Positions 9,534 through 19,483 of a DNA stretch of 53,147 bases are shown in pieces (the stretch's first letter is position 1; the number at the start of each line of letters is the position of its first letter). Below the pieces are notes generated by a model, which was not told the DNA's origin, searched no databases, and saw only the letters and a list, made by a program, of their open reading frames with translations. Source of the DNA: Fidelibacterota bacterium (GTDB lineage: Bacteria; Fidelibacterota; Marinisomatia; Marinisomatales; JABMOV01); assembly GCA_046861395.1 (NCBI GenBank), contig JBHHUC010000010.1:1-53147 (forward strand), written 5' to 3'. A program made the position numbers and the translations under genes.

Positions 9534-10298
9534 TCAGAGCAGCGTTATTGTCAGAATTCCAATAATGATACAATAGGCACCAAACCAGTAGAACTGACCC
9601 TTTTTCAGCATGGTCAGCAACCATTTCAATGTGGTCCACCCGGTGAAAAATGAAGTGAGAAAACCCAAGGTCAGGGGTATGAACCCGGTTTGACCGGAAG
9701 CACTGAAACCATCCAATGCGGTTAAAAGGCCGGCCCCCAGCAGAGCCGGAATGGCGAGTAAAAATGAAAACCGGGCCGCTTCGGCCGGACTGATGCCCAG
9801 GACCATGGCAATTGAAATCGTCGAACCGGACCGTGAAATCCCCGGGAGAATCGCCAGGGCCTGCGCCAGCCCGATCCCCACACTGCTTTTCATCCCCACT
9901 TCATTATCCCGAAGTCGGATAAATCGGGTGGACAGCAACAGGGTGCCGGTAAATAAAAGATTCATGCCAACAAACCAGGTTGAGTCAAATGCGGATTCGA
10001 TCTGCGTTTTAAATCCCAGCCCCACAATGACGGCCGGAAGGGTGCCCACCACCAGATATATGACATATTGCAGCGATGCACGCTGGGTTAAGGTCCCGGC
10101 CAGACGTACCAGATCCTGCCAAAATACAACCAGAATACTGAATAGAGTACCGGCATGCATTACTACTTCCAGCTGATTGCCGGGGATATCAAGATGAAGT
10201 AATTCCTGTATCAAAACAAGATGCCCAGAGCTGCTGATGGGAAGGAATTCGGTGAAACCCTGTATAATACCTAATATGATGGCGTCAAAATTGGTCAT
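9534..10298 (-). CDS. uppP: Undecaprenyl-diphosphate phosphatase
   Basis: QGFTEFLPISSSGHL and PGISRSGSTI signature motifs. Confidence 0.96.
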   Translation of the reverse strand: MTNFDAIILGIIQGFTEFLPISSSGHLVLIQELLHLDIPGNQLEVVMHAGTLFSILVVFWQDLVRLAGTLTQRASLQYVIYLVVGTLPAVIVGLGFKTQIESAFDSTWFVGMNLLFTGTLLLSTRFIRLRDNEVGMKSSVGIGLAQALAILPGISRSGSTISIAMVLGISPAEAARFSFLLAIPALLGAGLLTALDGFSASGQTGFIPLTLGFLTSFFTGWTTLKWLLTMLKKGQFYWFGAYCIIIGILTITLL

Positions 10299-10317
10299 AG
10301 GAGTCGGTTTTTATCGT

Positions 10318-10348
10318 GCAATTTATTGGTGAATGGGATTGCAACAAA
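10318..10348 (-). promoter_or_regulatory. Putative promoter for the uppP-putP-holA-sigma unit
   Basis: Minus strand TTTGTT-N17-TAAATT(GC) in the 58-bp gap upstream of uppP. Confidence 0.5.
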
Positions 10349-10356
10349 AGTAGAGA

Positions 10357-11040
10357 TCAGTGCCTTATTCGTCCTAGCATGGCGATCATCCGCCCAGCTT
10401 TCTTCCCGTTACGTCGGTAGGAGTGGTACAATGGATCGCATTTCGTGCAGGCTGGCGAAAGTGCGATGTTTTCTTCGATGGCTCCTTCTCCGATTAATTG
10501 ATCCCTCGCCATACGTTGGAGGTCAATATGGGTTTTCTTGCCGTTTGCCGTTATATGGTATTCGGCCGGAAAATGATGCAGAATTTCGTTTCCGATTTCA
10601 AAACAGCAGGACCGGATCGATGGTCCGATAAAGCATTGAACGGTCTGAAGGGGTACCGCCAAAGATTTCAGTCTGGTGAATGTATGGGGGATAATGCCCC
10701 CCACAAGGCCGCGCCAACCAGCATGGACTAATCCCATCAACCCCGACGCGGGTTCTACGATAAAGAGGGGAATGCAATCAGCGACCTGAATTGATAGAAC
10801 AAGATCGGGAGAAACCGTAATAACTCCATCCACGGCCTCATATTTTCCGGGACGGGTTACGATTTCAGTATAAGCAGTGTGTTTCTGGATGGGGATGACC
10901 AGACGTTCCGGTGGCCAGTGATTATCCCGGGCCAATTGTATTCTGTCGAACGGATTTACGTAGGGATAATGCCTGGTAGTAAACACCGCCCGGAATAATT
11001 CGGGAACCAACCGGGATGAGAAATCAAGAACTTGCTTCAA
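10357..11040 (-). CDS. pgeF: Peptidoglycan editing factor PgeF (YfiH/laccase-like nucleoside phosphorylase)
   Basis: QKH, DGVIT, VADCIPL, VHAGWRG, IGPSI..CCFEIG, CTKC and SYRR motifs; TTG start abuts the upstream stop. Confidence 0.92.
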   Translation of the reverse strand: MKQVLDFSSRLVPELFRAVFTTRHYPYVNPFDRIQLARDNHWPPERLVIPIQKHTAYTEIVTRPGKYEAVDGVITVSPDLVLSIQVADCIPLFIVEPASGLMGLVHAGWRGLVGGIIPHTFTRLKSLAVPLQTVQCFIGPSIRSCCFEIGNEILHHFPAEYHITANGKKTHIDLQRMARDQLIGEGAIEENIALSPACTKCDPLYHSYRRNGKKAGRMIAMLGRIRH

Positions 11041-12930
11041 TTACGGTGTATAGTATTGCGTATGAACCAGACTGTCGCCCCGGAAGAATCCCAAATCACG
11101 GTATTCCTTATTACTATAGCGTAAAACATGGAGGGCAGAATTACTATGATCATCGGGACGAAATGACCATGAATACGCCAGGCCGTGATAATCCTGAACT
11201 TGTGCCAATTGTTGTGTCAGGCTCATATTTGCCGAAGGTTGTTGACTGGTAACAAAGAAAAGCAATTGTCCCAAATCATAGCCCAGAAAAAAAGTGGCCG
11301 GATTTCCTTCCGGTACGATGGGATTTTCCATGGCATTATTTTGTCCCGGATATTGATTGGAAAGGACAATCATTCCATTCAAGTGAGATCCGATTGATTC
11401 CTCATTGATGATATCCCTGTTATACCAGGATTCGGTCCCCACGATGGTTGTTTTCAGGTTGTACTGGGGAAATTGCGTGCCGATATAGGTAATGTGTTCG
11501 GGACGGGCCGGAATGAATAAGGCCTGGATGGTTTCCAGCATATAACTGACGGAATCCGATTTGGTTAATTTTTTATTGTTTTCTTCGGGAAGGTCGAAGA
11601 AATCTTCTTCCGAAATGTCAAAAATCGCATCCAGACTGTCCATTTCCAGGCCCAGAAATTCCTCGTCTGAGGATTCCTTCGGGACCAGAGACCAGGCTGT
11701 TTTACGTAAAGCGGAAAATTCCGATTTCAAACTCTGCGGAATGCCGGAATACCATTGCAACGATACGGGATAGACACCCATTAAATCCAATTGTTTAATA
11801 AAGGCATCTACGATGGCTTTGCCATAATCATCAGCCGGAGCCAGAACGGCAATGGTATCATAGCCCAGAGTTTCGACAATATATCGGGCCGCTTTCGCAC
11901 CGGTTTTTTCCAGTGGTGTGGCACATTGGAAAATATTTTCACTTAACGATGTAATCCCATCCTGGGTGGAAGTGGGAATAAGAACCGGAATCGATAAACG
12001 GGGCGCCATCCCGGCGGACAATAAGGCACTTTTTGCACCTAATGGGGCGATGACAGCTGAAATGTCCGGATTCTGCTCTAGTGTTTTCATGGCCTGAACT
12101 GTTTCAATGGCATCACTGCGATTATCAATAATCATAAAACTGACGGCAGCCCCGGATTGCAAATGATGAATTAGGGCCTGATTCATTCCCTTTAAAAACG
12201 TCCGACTGACTGAACTTTGATCTCCGGTAAGGGACGCAACAATGCCAATTTTGGTATTCTTAGGACGTGGTTTGTTTGCCGTTAAAAGCATTTTTTCATA
12301 CACCGGGAAAAAGGCGTCAGGTACATACTCAGGACTGATAGTGCTGAGAATCAATGCAGCCCGATCCGACTCGCCTTGCGATAAATATTTAAAACCCTTC
12401 ACTAATTGCAATATGGTGGCAATGGTCGTGTCTTCCTCCAGCGCCAATAACTCATCGATGGTTCCTTCTTGAATATCCAGACCGATGGATTTCATCAGTT
12501 TATTATCAATTCTACGCCAGAATTGAGATTGGTCGCCGGCCGCTTTACGAGCCAACAGATACTGCCGGAAGGCAGCCGTGTAATTCCCTTCATTGACAAA
12601 CATGTCACCCAGAGTTTCATACACATAGGGCCGATAGCGCGTATCGGCGGAAGCCAGTAGTTTGCGTGCCAGTTGACGGGCTTCCGGGAATTGATTTTCC
12701 TGGCTGAGAATCTTCAGATGCAGGAAGGTCACCGCCGGACCGGAATAAATATCCGGATATTTTTTCAGTTTATTTAATTCCGCTTCCGATGCCCCGTAAC
12801 GTCCTTCATTATAAAGCTGAATGACTTTTTGAATTCGATCCTGGGGTGATTTGGGACGAAACCAGCCCTGTCCCAGCGCCAAAGACACCAATAATATATA
12901 CGGAATTATCTTATCGATACGATTATTCAA
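11041..12930 (-). CDS. Secreted TPR-like + type I periplasmic-binding-fold protein (LpoA-like / ABC substrate-binding family)
   Basis: N-terminal signal; helical TPR-like region; then KIGIVASLTG...AVIAPLG...IAVLAPADDYG...ALFIPA, typical of PBP1/LppC-type domains. TTG start overlaps the glmS stop. Confidence 0.7.
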   Translation of the reverse strand: MNNRIDKIIPYILLVSLALGQGWFRPKSPQDRIQKVIQLYNEGRYGASEAELNKLKKYPDIYSGPAVTFLHLKILSQENQFPEARQLARKLLASADTRYRPYVYETLGDMFVNEGNYTAAFRQYLLARKAAGDQSQFWRRIDNKLMKSIGLDIQEGTIDELLALEEDTTIATILQLVKGFKYLSQGESDRAALILSTISPEYVPDAFFPVYEKMLLTANKPRPKNTKIGIVASLTGDQSSVSRTFLKGMNQALIHHLQSGAAVSFMIIDNRSDAIETVQAMKTLEQNPDISAVIAPLGAKSALLSAGMAPRLSIPVLIPTSTQDGITSLSENIFQCATPLEKTGAKAARYIVETLGYDTIAVLAPADDYGKAIVDAFIKQLDLMGVYPVSLQWYSGIPQSLKSEFSALRKTAWSLVPKESSDEEFLGLEMDSLDAIFDISEEDFFDLPEENNKKLTKSDSVSYMLETIQALFIPARPEHITYIGTQFPQYNLKTTIVGTESWYNRDIINEESIGSHLNGMIVLSNQYPGQNNAMENPIVPEGNPATFFLGYDLGQLLFFVTSQQPSANMSLTQQLAQVQDYHGLAYSWSFRPDDHSNSALHVLRYSNKEYRDLGFFRGDSLVHTQYYTP

Positions 12931-14764
12931 CCGTTACGCTCTTGGCCAGGTTTCTGGGTTGATCGACGTTGCAGCCCCGTAAAACCGCCAGATGATAGGC
13001 CAGCAACTGTAAGGGGATGGATGCCAGAATCGGAAATACATGATGATGCGTCGCGGGTACTTCGATTAGGTAATCTCCCAGTTTGATGATTCCATCCGTT
13101 ATTTTATCCGTCAGGATGATTGTCTTCCCCCGGCGGGATTTCACTTCCTGAATATTGGACAGTACTTTTTCGAAGGTGGCATCATGCGGCGCCAGAAATA
13201 CCACCGGCATCCGTTCATCAATCAGGGCGATGGGACCGTGTTTCATTTCGGCCGCCGGATACCCTTCGGCATGGATATAGGAAATTTCCTTGAGTTTTAA
13301 GGCACCTTCCAGCGCGGCAGGGAAATTCAATCCCCGGCCTAAATAGAGGAAATTATTGGCATACTGCGTTTCCCACGCCACTTTCTCAATTTGAGCCGAA
13401 TTGTCCAGAATCTTGCGGACATTCTGACCGACTTTTCCCAGCTCATGGACCAGTTTGACTCCCTGTCGTTTGGTAATCGAGCCCTTCTGCCGGGCGATGG
13501 CCAGCGCCAGCATGATCAATACGGCAACCTGGGCGGTAAACGCCTTGGTAGACGCGACCCCGATTTCCGGTCCCGCATGGGTATAGACACCGCAATCGGT
13601 GCTACGAGAGATTGAACTTCCTACTACATTACAGATTCCCACTGTCAAGGCACCATACTCGTTGGCCTTTTTTATGGCGGCCAGCGTATCCGCTGTTTCT
13701 CCCGACTGGCTGATGGCAATGACAACCGTTTGGCCATCCAGGACCGATTTACGATAACGGAATTCGGATGCATATTCCACATGAACCGGAATATTGGCAT
13801 ATTCTTCAATCAAATATTTCCCGATCAATGCGGCATGCCAGGATGTTCCGCAAGCCGTGATATAGCAGTGTTTGGCTGTGATGATACGTTGCAGATAATC
13901 GGCAATCCCCCCCAAATGCGCCGTCCCCGTTTCCAAATCCATGCGACCACGCATGGTATCCAGGACGGTTTGTTCCTGTTCGTGAATTTCTTTGAGCATG
14001 AAATGGGGAAAATTCCCCTTTTCAATCTGCTCATAGGACAAGGATAATGTTTCAATTTCCTTCGTAATAATCTTGTCCTTCAGAATGGTCCGGATGGTAT
14101 AGCCATCGCGGTTAATTGTAACCATTTCCCCTTCTTCGAGATACACGACATTTCGTGTATATTCTACAATGGGGGATGCATCACTGGCGATATAATAATC
14201 TCCCTCACCAACTCCTAGGACCAGTGGGCTCCCGAAACGGGCTGCCACCAGAGTATCCGGTTCATCCTTGCATATGGCGACAATGCCATAGGCTCCCACT
14301 ACCTGTTGCAGAGCTGCCTGAACGGCCTTATCAAAGGAATATTTCCCTGTTTTATACAGAGATGAAATTAATTGTACCAAGACTTCCGAATCGGTGTCAC
14401 TCTGGAATTCAATTCCTTCATTAATGAGAATTTTTTTCAGCGTTTCGTAATTTTCAATAATGCCATTATGAATCAGAGCAATACGCCCATCAGCATCCAA
14501 ATGGGGATGCGCATTGACATCGTTCGGTTCACCATGCGTGGCCCATCGTGTGTGGGCAATCCCAATCGCACCCCGAACCACGGAATCATCCACGACCCGT
14601 TCCAGCTCACGAACTTTACCGGATCGTTTGACCAAGTGGAGATTTTCTTCCTCCAGGACGGCGATTCCGGCACTGTCGTAGCCGCGGTATTCAAGGCGTT
14701 TAAGACCTCTCAATAAAATCGGTATGCATTCCTCACTTCCGTAATAGCCTACGATTCCACACAT
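12923..14764 (-). CDS. glmS: Glutamine-fructose-6-phosphate transaminase (isomerizing)
   Basis: MCGIVG N-terminal Cys, EYRGYDSAG, HTRWATHG, SQSGETADT and C-terminal PRNLAKSVTVE; AAGGAG SD. Confidence 0.99.
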   Translation of the reverse strand: MCGIVGYYGSEECIPILLRGLKRLEYRGYDSAGIAVLEEENLHLVKRSGKVRELERVVDDSVVRGAIGIAHTRWATHGEPNDVNAHPHLDADGRIALIHNGIIENYETLKKILINEGIEFQSDTDSEVLVQLISSLYKTGKYSFDKAVQAALQQVVGAYGIVAICKDEPDTLVAARFGSPLVLGVGEGDYYIASDASPIVEYTRNVVYLEEGEMVTINRDGYTIRTILKDKIITKEIETLSLSYEQIEKGNFPHFMLKEIHEQEQTVLDTMRGRMDLETGTAHLGGIADYLQRIITAKHCYITACGTSWHAALIGKYLIEEYANIPVHVEYASEFRYRKSVLDGQTVVIAISQSGETADTLAAIKKANEYGALTVGICNVVGSSISRSTDCGVYTHAGPEIGVASTKAFTAQVAVLIMLALAIARQKGSITKRQGVKLVHELGKVGQNVRKILDNSAQIEKVAWETQYANNFLYLGRGLNFPAALEGALKLKEISYIHAEGYPAAEMKHGPIALIDERMPVVFLAPHDATFEKVLSNIQEVKSRRGKTIILTDKITDGIIKLGDYLIEVPATHHHVFPILASIPLQLLAYHLAVLRGCNVDQPRNLAKSVTVE

Positions 14765-14795
14765 AAGTGGTACTCCTTCAATTGCGGTTTATAAT

Positions 14796-16349
14796 TTATT
14801 CCCATTCGATTGTTCCCGGCGGTTTGGATGTAATATCATACACGACGCGGTTTATTCCCTTCACGGAGTTTACAATGACATTGGCAGCCTGTGATAAGAC
14901 TTCCGACGGTAATTTCACCCAGTCGGCTGTCATACCATCAGTGCTGTGGACAGCCCGCAGGGCCAGTAAATTTTCATAGGTCCGCTGATCGCCCATGACA
15001 CCCACGGTTTTTACGGGAATGAGAACCGAGAAAGCCTGCCAAATATCATTATAAAGATTGTGTTCATGCAGAATATTGATAAAAATATCGTCTGCATTCC
15101 GCAGGAGATTACATCGTTCCGGCGTGATTTCACCAATGATTCTGACGGCTAAACCAGGACCGGGAAATGGATGTCGATTAATCAGACCATCGGGTAGGCC
15201 CAGTTCACGTCCAACATTGCGCACTTCATCTTTAAATAGTTCCCGTAACGGTTCGATTAACTTGAATTGCATATTATCCGGCAAGCCACCTACATTGTGA
15301 TGACTCTTGATCACATGGGTGACACCCGTGGCAGCACTGTTTCCGCTTTCGATGACATCAGGATATAAGGTGCCTTGGGCCAGGAATTTTATGTTTCCGA
15401 AATTCCGGCTGATTTTTTCAAAAGAACGAATAAACTGGTCGCCGATAATTTTTCTTTTTTCCTCCGGATCTTCAACGCCCTGTAACCGTTTCAGGAAAAT
15501 TTCGGATTCGTCGAAAACATGGATATTGGCTTCCATTCCATCCCGCAGGGCAATGACGGTTTGTTCGGCTTCATTCTTTCGCATCAGACCATGATCGATC
15601 ATCACGGCTATGGCTTTGTCTCCAATGGCTTTGTTGAGCAAGGCAGCCACCACCGTAGAATCCACCCCACCGCTCACGCCGATTAAGACCTGTTGATCTT
15701 GCACTTCTTCCCGGATTGCGGCGATTTGTTCTTGAATAAATTGTCCCGGTGTCCAATCCGGCCGACACCCTGCGATGTGGTAGACAAAATTCCGTATCAA
15801 CACCTCTCCTTCTGTCGTATGAGCGACTTCTGGATGAAACTGAGTCGCGTACCACTGCCGTTTTCGGTTTTCCAGCGCCGCTACAAGGCCGTTGGAAGAT
15901 GTCCCGATTACAGTCCAGTCAGGCGGAAGAACTGTAACCTGATCCATGTGGCTCATCCAAACCTGAGAAGTCTGTGACATTCCCGCTAAGAGAGCGGAAT
16001 CAGATTTTCGTATGAATTGCGCCGATCCGTATTCGCCCTTCCCTTTCGATTCGACGCGGCCCCCATCTTCATGGGTTAACAATTGTAATCCATAGCAGAT
16101 GCCCAGAACCGGGATATCCAAGGATAGGATGGAACGATCGAAATCCGGTGATTCATCCGAGAAAACGGATGACGGTCCACCAGACAGAATCAAAGCGGCA
16201 GGATGTTTGGCTTGGAGTGTTTCCCGGGAAATATCGTGAGACACAATTTCGGAGTAAACATGTAATTCCCGGATTCTTCTGGCAATCAACTGGGTATATT
16301 GGGACCCGAAATCCAGGATTACAACTCCCTGGTGTAGTTCAGATATCAT
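14796..16349 (-). CDS. guaA: GMP synthase (glutamine-hydrolyzing)
   Basis: DFGSQY, GICYGLQ, QFHPEV, SGGVDS, KSHHNVGG and KPPGTIEWE. Confidence 0.99.
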   Translation of the reverse strand: MISELHQGVVILDFGSQYTQLIARRIRELHVYSEIVSHDISRETLQAKHPAALILSGGPSSVFSDESPDFDRSILSLDIPVLGICYGLQLLTHEDGGRVESKGKGEYGSAQFIRKSDSALLAGMSQTSQVWMSHMDQVTVLPPDWTVIGTSSNGLVAALENRKRQWYATQFHPEVAHTTEGEVLIRNFVYHIAGCRPDWTPGQFIQEQIAAIREEVQDQQVLIGVSGGVDSTVVAALLNKAIGDKAIAVMIDHGLMRKNEAEQTVIALRDGMEANIHVFDESEIFLKRLQGVEDPEEKRKIIGDQFIRSFEKISRNFGNIKFLAQGTLYPDVIESGNSAATGVTHVIKSHHNVGGLPDNMQFKLIEPLRELFKDEVRNVGRELGLPDGLINRHPFPGPGLAVRIIGEITPERCNLLRNADDIFINILHEHNLYNDIWQAFSVLIPVKTVGVMGDQRTYENLLALRAVHSTDGMTADWVKLPSEVLSQAANVIVNSVKGINRVVYDITSKPPGTIEWE

Positions 16350-17112
16350 TCCTGAACCAATCTGATAATGGCGTGAGAAATTTTTCAGCCGTCAGGCGAT
16401 AATGGATCGGAGTGAGAGAAACATATCCCTGTTTCAGGGCCACACCGTCATATTCACCATCCTCATCCGGGTTGATGATTTCGCCCGTCATCCAGTAATA
16501 CTGATGCCCGCGAGGATCCTCCCGGCCTTCGAACCAATCCCGGAAAAATACATTACCCTGCCGGGTAACCCGAATTCCCTTGATTTCGTCCAGGGGTAAA
16601 TTGGGAACATTTACATTCAGTAATATTTTCTCAGGAATTCCCTTTTCCAGTACATGCTGGACAATTCGTTGGGCAATAGTTTTGGCCGACTCATAATATC
16701 CTCCGCGGACAGAATCCAGGCTGATGGCAATCGATGGAATTGCCAACATGGTTCCTTCCGTAGCAGCGGATACGGTTCCGGAATAAATAATGTTATTACC
16801 TACATTAGCCCCGGAATTAATCCCCGAAATAATAAGGTCCGGTTTTTTTTTCAGAATACCCTGTACGGCGATTTTGACACAATCGGCCGGTGTTCCCTTT
16901 ACGGCCCATCCTTCAAACCCATCACGCTTGGTCACTTTCTCAATTCTGATAGGGTCGGAAATGGTAATAGCGTGCCCGACCGCACTTTTTTCGGCATCCG
17001 GTGCCACAACAGTGACAATTCCCAGAGCATCCATAGCTTCCCATAAGGCAAAAATCCCGGGAGCATGAATGCCATCGTCATTGGTAATTAATATGGATGG
17101 TTTGCTGTTCAT
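16339..17112 (-). CDS. surE: 5'/3'-nucleotidase SurE
   Basis: ILITNDDG, GTPADCV, SGINSGAN and YSGTVSAA motifs. Confidence 0.97.
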   Translation of the reverse strand: MNSKPSILITNDDGIHAPGIFALWEAMDALGIVTVVAPDAEKSAVGHAITISDPIRIEKVTKRDGFEGWAVKGTPADCVKIAVQGILKKKPDLIISGINSGANVGNNIIYSGTVSAATEGTMLAIPSIAISLDSVRGGYYESAKTIAQRIVQHVLEKGIPEKILLNVNVPNLPLDEIKGIRVTRQGNVFFRDWFEGREDPRGHQYYWMTGEIINPDEDGEYDGVALKQGYVSLTPIHYRLTAEKFLTPLSDWFRNDI

Positions 17113-17945
17113 GTCAGTAAAGAAATGAGTTTGTGGATCGTATCCTTCATTTCAGATCGTGAAACAATGTGATCAATAAATCCTTTTTCCAGCAGGAATT
17201 CCGCCCGCTGGAAACCTTTGGGCAAATCCTGACCAATTGTCTGCTTTATAACCCGCGGTCCGGCAAAACCGATAAGCGCCCCCGGTTCAGCCAGGATTAC
17301 GTCCCCCAACATACCGAAACTGGCAGTAACACCACCAGTGGTCGGGTCGGTCAGCACCGGTATATATAACCCACCCTGCTCCGAGAACCGAGCCAGGTGG
17401 GCGCTCGTTTTGGCCAGTTGCATCAGGGAAATGGCTCCTTCCTGCATCCGGGCCCCACCGGAAGCACAAATCAATATAAATGTCGCCTTTTGCCGGGCTG
17501 CTTCGTCAACTGCCCGTGCGACTTTTTCCCCGACTACCGAACCCATACTGCCGCCAATGAACCGAAAATTCATGAGCCCCAGAATAACCGATTGTCCCAT
17601 CAGAGAACCGGAATAGCACCGGATCGCCGAAGTTTCACCCGTTTTTTTCTGAGCCTCCTTCAACTGGTCCGAATATTTTTTCCCGGCTTTGAAATGCAAG
17701 AAGTTACGAGATTTCAAACCCGTATATAATTCAACACCCGAACCCTCATCTAGCAGCAGATCCAGGTAAATTTGCGGTGAAACCCGGAAATGATGATTAC
17801 AGTGACGACAGACGGAAAACGCTTTATCCAATTCCGGTTTATATAGGATTTCGCTGCAATTGGGACACTTAATCCACAGGCCATCCGGCATGTCCTTCTT
17901 AATACCATTTTTCAGTTTTTTATCTTTACGTGTAAACCAGGCCAA
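17109..17945 (-). CDS. accD: Acetyl-CoA carboxylase carboxyltransferase beta subunit
   Basis: LWIKCPNC...CRHC zinc finger, GGSMGSVVGEK, SGGARMQEG, PTTGGVTASF and GFAGPRVI; TTG start. Confidence 0.98.
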   Translation of the reverse strand: MAWFTRKDKKLKNGIKKDMPDGLWIKCPNCSEILYKPELDKAFSVCRHCNHHFRVSPQIYLDLLLDEGSGVELYTGLKSRNFLHFKAGKKYSDQLKEAQKKTGETSAIRCYSGSLMGQSVILGLMNFRFIGGSMGSVVGEKVARAVDEAARQKATFILICASGGARMQEGAISLMQLAKTSAHLARFSEQGGLYIPVLTDPTTGGVTASFGMLGDVILAEPGALIGFAGPRVIKQTIGQDLPKGFQRAEFLLEKGFIDHIVSRSEMKDTIHKLISLLT

Positions 17946-17961
17946 TTGTAATTCTCAATTT

Positions 17962-18390
17962 CTAAATATGTTTGCGCATGACGATGGCATCTTCGCCATC
18001 CTGATAATATGCTTTGCGACAGTCGAATGATTGAAAGCCGATCTTTTCGTAAACGGAAATCGCCGCCCGATTGGAAGACCGGACTTCAAGAAAAATGTCC
18101 GTATCCCGGTCAGCAAGCTGTAGCATGTTTTCCAAAAGTATAGTTCCCCACCCATTTTTCCTCACAGCAGGATGGACTGCTATATTCAGAATCTGTATTT
18201 CCTGTCCTACGAAATGAACAAAAATATAGCCATAAATCCGGTTCGCATTAACGAGAACTTTCACGATGGATACCGGTTGATTCTGAATTTCAAATGCAAT
18301 CTGTTCCTTTGTCCACGGGTCGGGAAATATCAATTTTTCCAAGGCATGAATTCCCGCCGCGTCTTCTTGTCCTGCCTGACGGATATTCAT
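17962..18390 (-). CDS. rimI: Ribosomal protein S18-alanine N-acetyltransferase
   Basis: GNAT with NIAVHP..R..G.G, LEVRSSN..A...Y...GF and YYQDGEDA; follows tsaB. Confidence 0.92.
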   Translation of the reverse strand: MNIRQAGQEDAAGIHALEKLIFPDPWTKEQIAFEIQNQPVSIVKVLVNANRIYGYIFVHFVGQEIQILNIAVHPAVRKNGWGTILLENMLQLADRDTDIFLEVRSSNRAAISVYEKIGFQSFDCRKAYYQDGEDAIVMRKHI

Positions 18391-19025
18391 GGTTTCCCAC
18401 CGGGTACAAAGGGTGAGATATAGTAGGGAACCAAGGTAAAGGGATCATCCACTTTCCAGGCATCGTAATGTTTGGTTGCCAATGCCACAATCCACCACGC
18501 AGACGGAGCCACGGCTATTCCCGGCGTTTTTTCCAGAAATTTTTCACAATTCCAATGTAGGATGGTTTGACAATCACAATTATCAAAGATATCGGATGTT
18601 ACTACGACAGGTTCTTCGGCCTGAAGATCTTTCTTCCGGCGTTTGAATTGCTGACAGAAAAATGTATTTCCATGACTATGAATCAGGACACAAACGGATT
18701 GTTTTACCGGTTTGTCGTACCCGGCTATCAGGGCCTCCATGGTCGGTACCGGCACGATGGGAAGTTGTCGACTATAGGCCAATCCCTTGGCAAAACTCAA
18801 TCCAATGCGAAGCCCGGTAAAAGAGCCGGGACCAATGGAAACGGCCACGGCATCAATGTCCCTGTTGGCGATACCCGTTTCCCGAAAGAGCCTTTGAACA
18901 AACCCCGGCAGAATCCGGGCATGTTCCCGCGGTCTGTTTTCCTCAACCAGGCCCAGAAGACCATCTTCATTCCCCAACGCCACGGAACACCGGCTGGAAG
19001 ATGTTTCGATTCCCAGGAATATCAC
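18387..19025 (-). CDS. tsaB: tRNA threonylcarbamoyladenosine biosynthesis protein TsaB
   Basis: LGIETS...CSVAL and GPGSFTGLRIG; GTG start overlaps the tsaE stop (GTGA). Confidence 0.95.
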   Translation of the reverse strand: MIFLGIETSSSRCSVALGNEDGLLGLVEENRPREHARILPGFVQRLFRETGIANRDIDAVAVSIGPGSFTGLRIGLSFAKGLAYSRQLPIVPVPTMEALIAGYDKPVKQSVCVLIHSHGNTFFCQQFKRRKKDLQAEEPVVVTSDIFDNCDCQTILHWNCEKFLEKTPGIAVAPSAWWIVALATKHYDAWKVDDPFTLVPYYISPFVPGGKP

Positions 19026-19483
19026 GTGACACTCCGGGCCACGGTAATTTGTCGCGCATCGGGGTCGGATTTATGGTATTGAAATGTAATCTCAATGGTA
19101 TCCGCCGGTAAAATATCCCTGATGACATCGGCCCATTCTATGAATGTATATCCTTTTTCCGGTAGTAAATAATGTTCCCCCCCGATATTGAGAAATTCAT
19201 CCATGGAACGAAGTCGATAACAATCAATGTGGTACAGAGTGGTTTCCTTCCCTTCATAATGGCTGATCAACTTGAAGGTCGGAGATAAAACCGTATCCTG
19301 AACACCGAGGGCGGCCGCTACGCCCTGGGTAAATGTAGTCTTACCGCTACCCAGGTCGCCCGTCAAGGCTATGACGGATCCGGGTGGAATCTGTGTCAGG
19401 ATATTTCGGGCCAGTGCTTTTGTCTCTTCAGGAGATTGGGTAATATAAGTCGCCTTCATTTCGAATACTGGTTTACCGGTCAA
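19022..19483 (-). CDS. tsaE: tRNA threonylcarbamoyladenosine biosynthesis ATPase TsaE
   Basis: GDLGSGKTT, SPTF, HIDCYRL and IEWA. Start is TTG 19483 (overlapping the upstream stop) or ATG 19459. Confidence 0.95.
   Translation of the reverse strand: MTGKPVFEMKATYITQSPEETKALARNILTQIPPGSVIALTGDLGSGKTTFTQGVAAALGVQDTVLSPTFKLISHYEGKETTLYHIDCYRLRSMDEFLNIGGEHYLLPEKGYTFIEWADVIRDILPADTIEITFQYHKSDPDARQITVARSVT

Noticed and set aside
14765..14795. Possible glmS ribozyme upstream of glmS
   Set aside because: The gap from guaA is only 31 bp and holds just an SD; there is no room for the ribozyme.
17962..19483. tsaE-tsaB-rimI without tsaD
   Set aside because: tsaD is commonly encoded elsewhere; ordinary arrangement.
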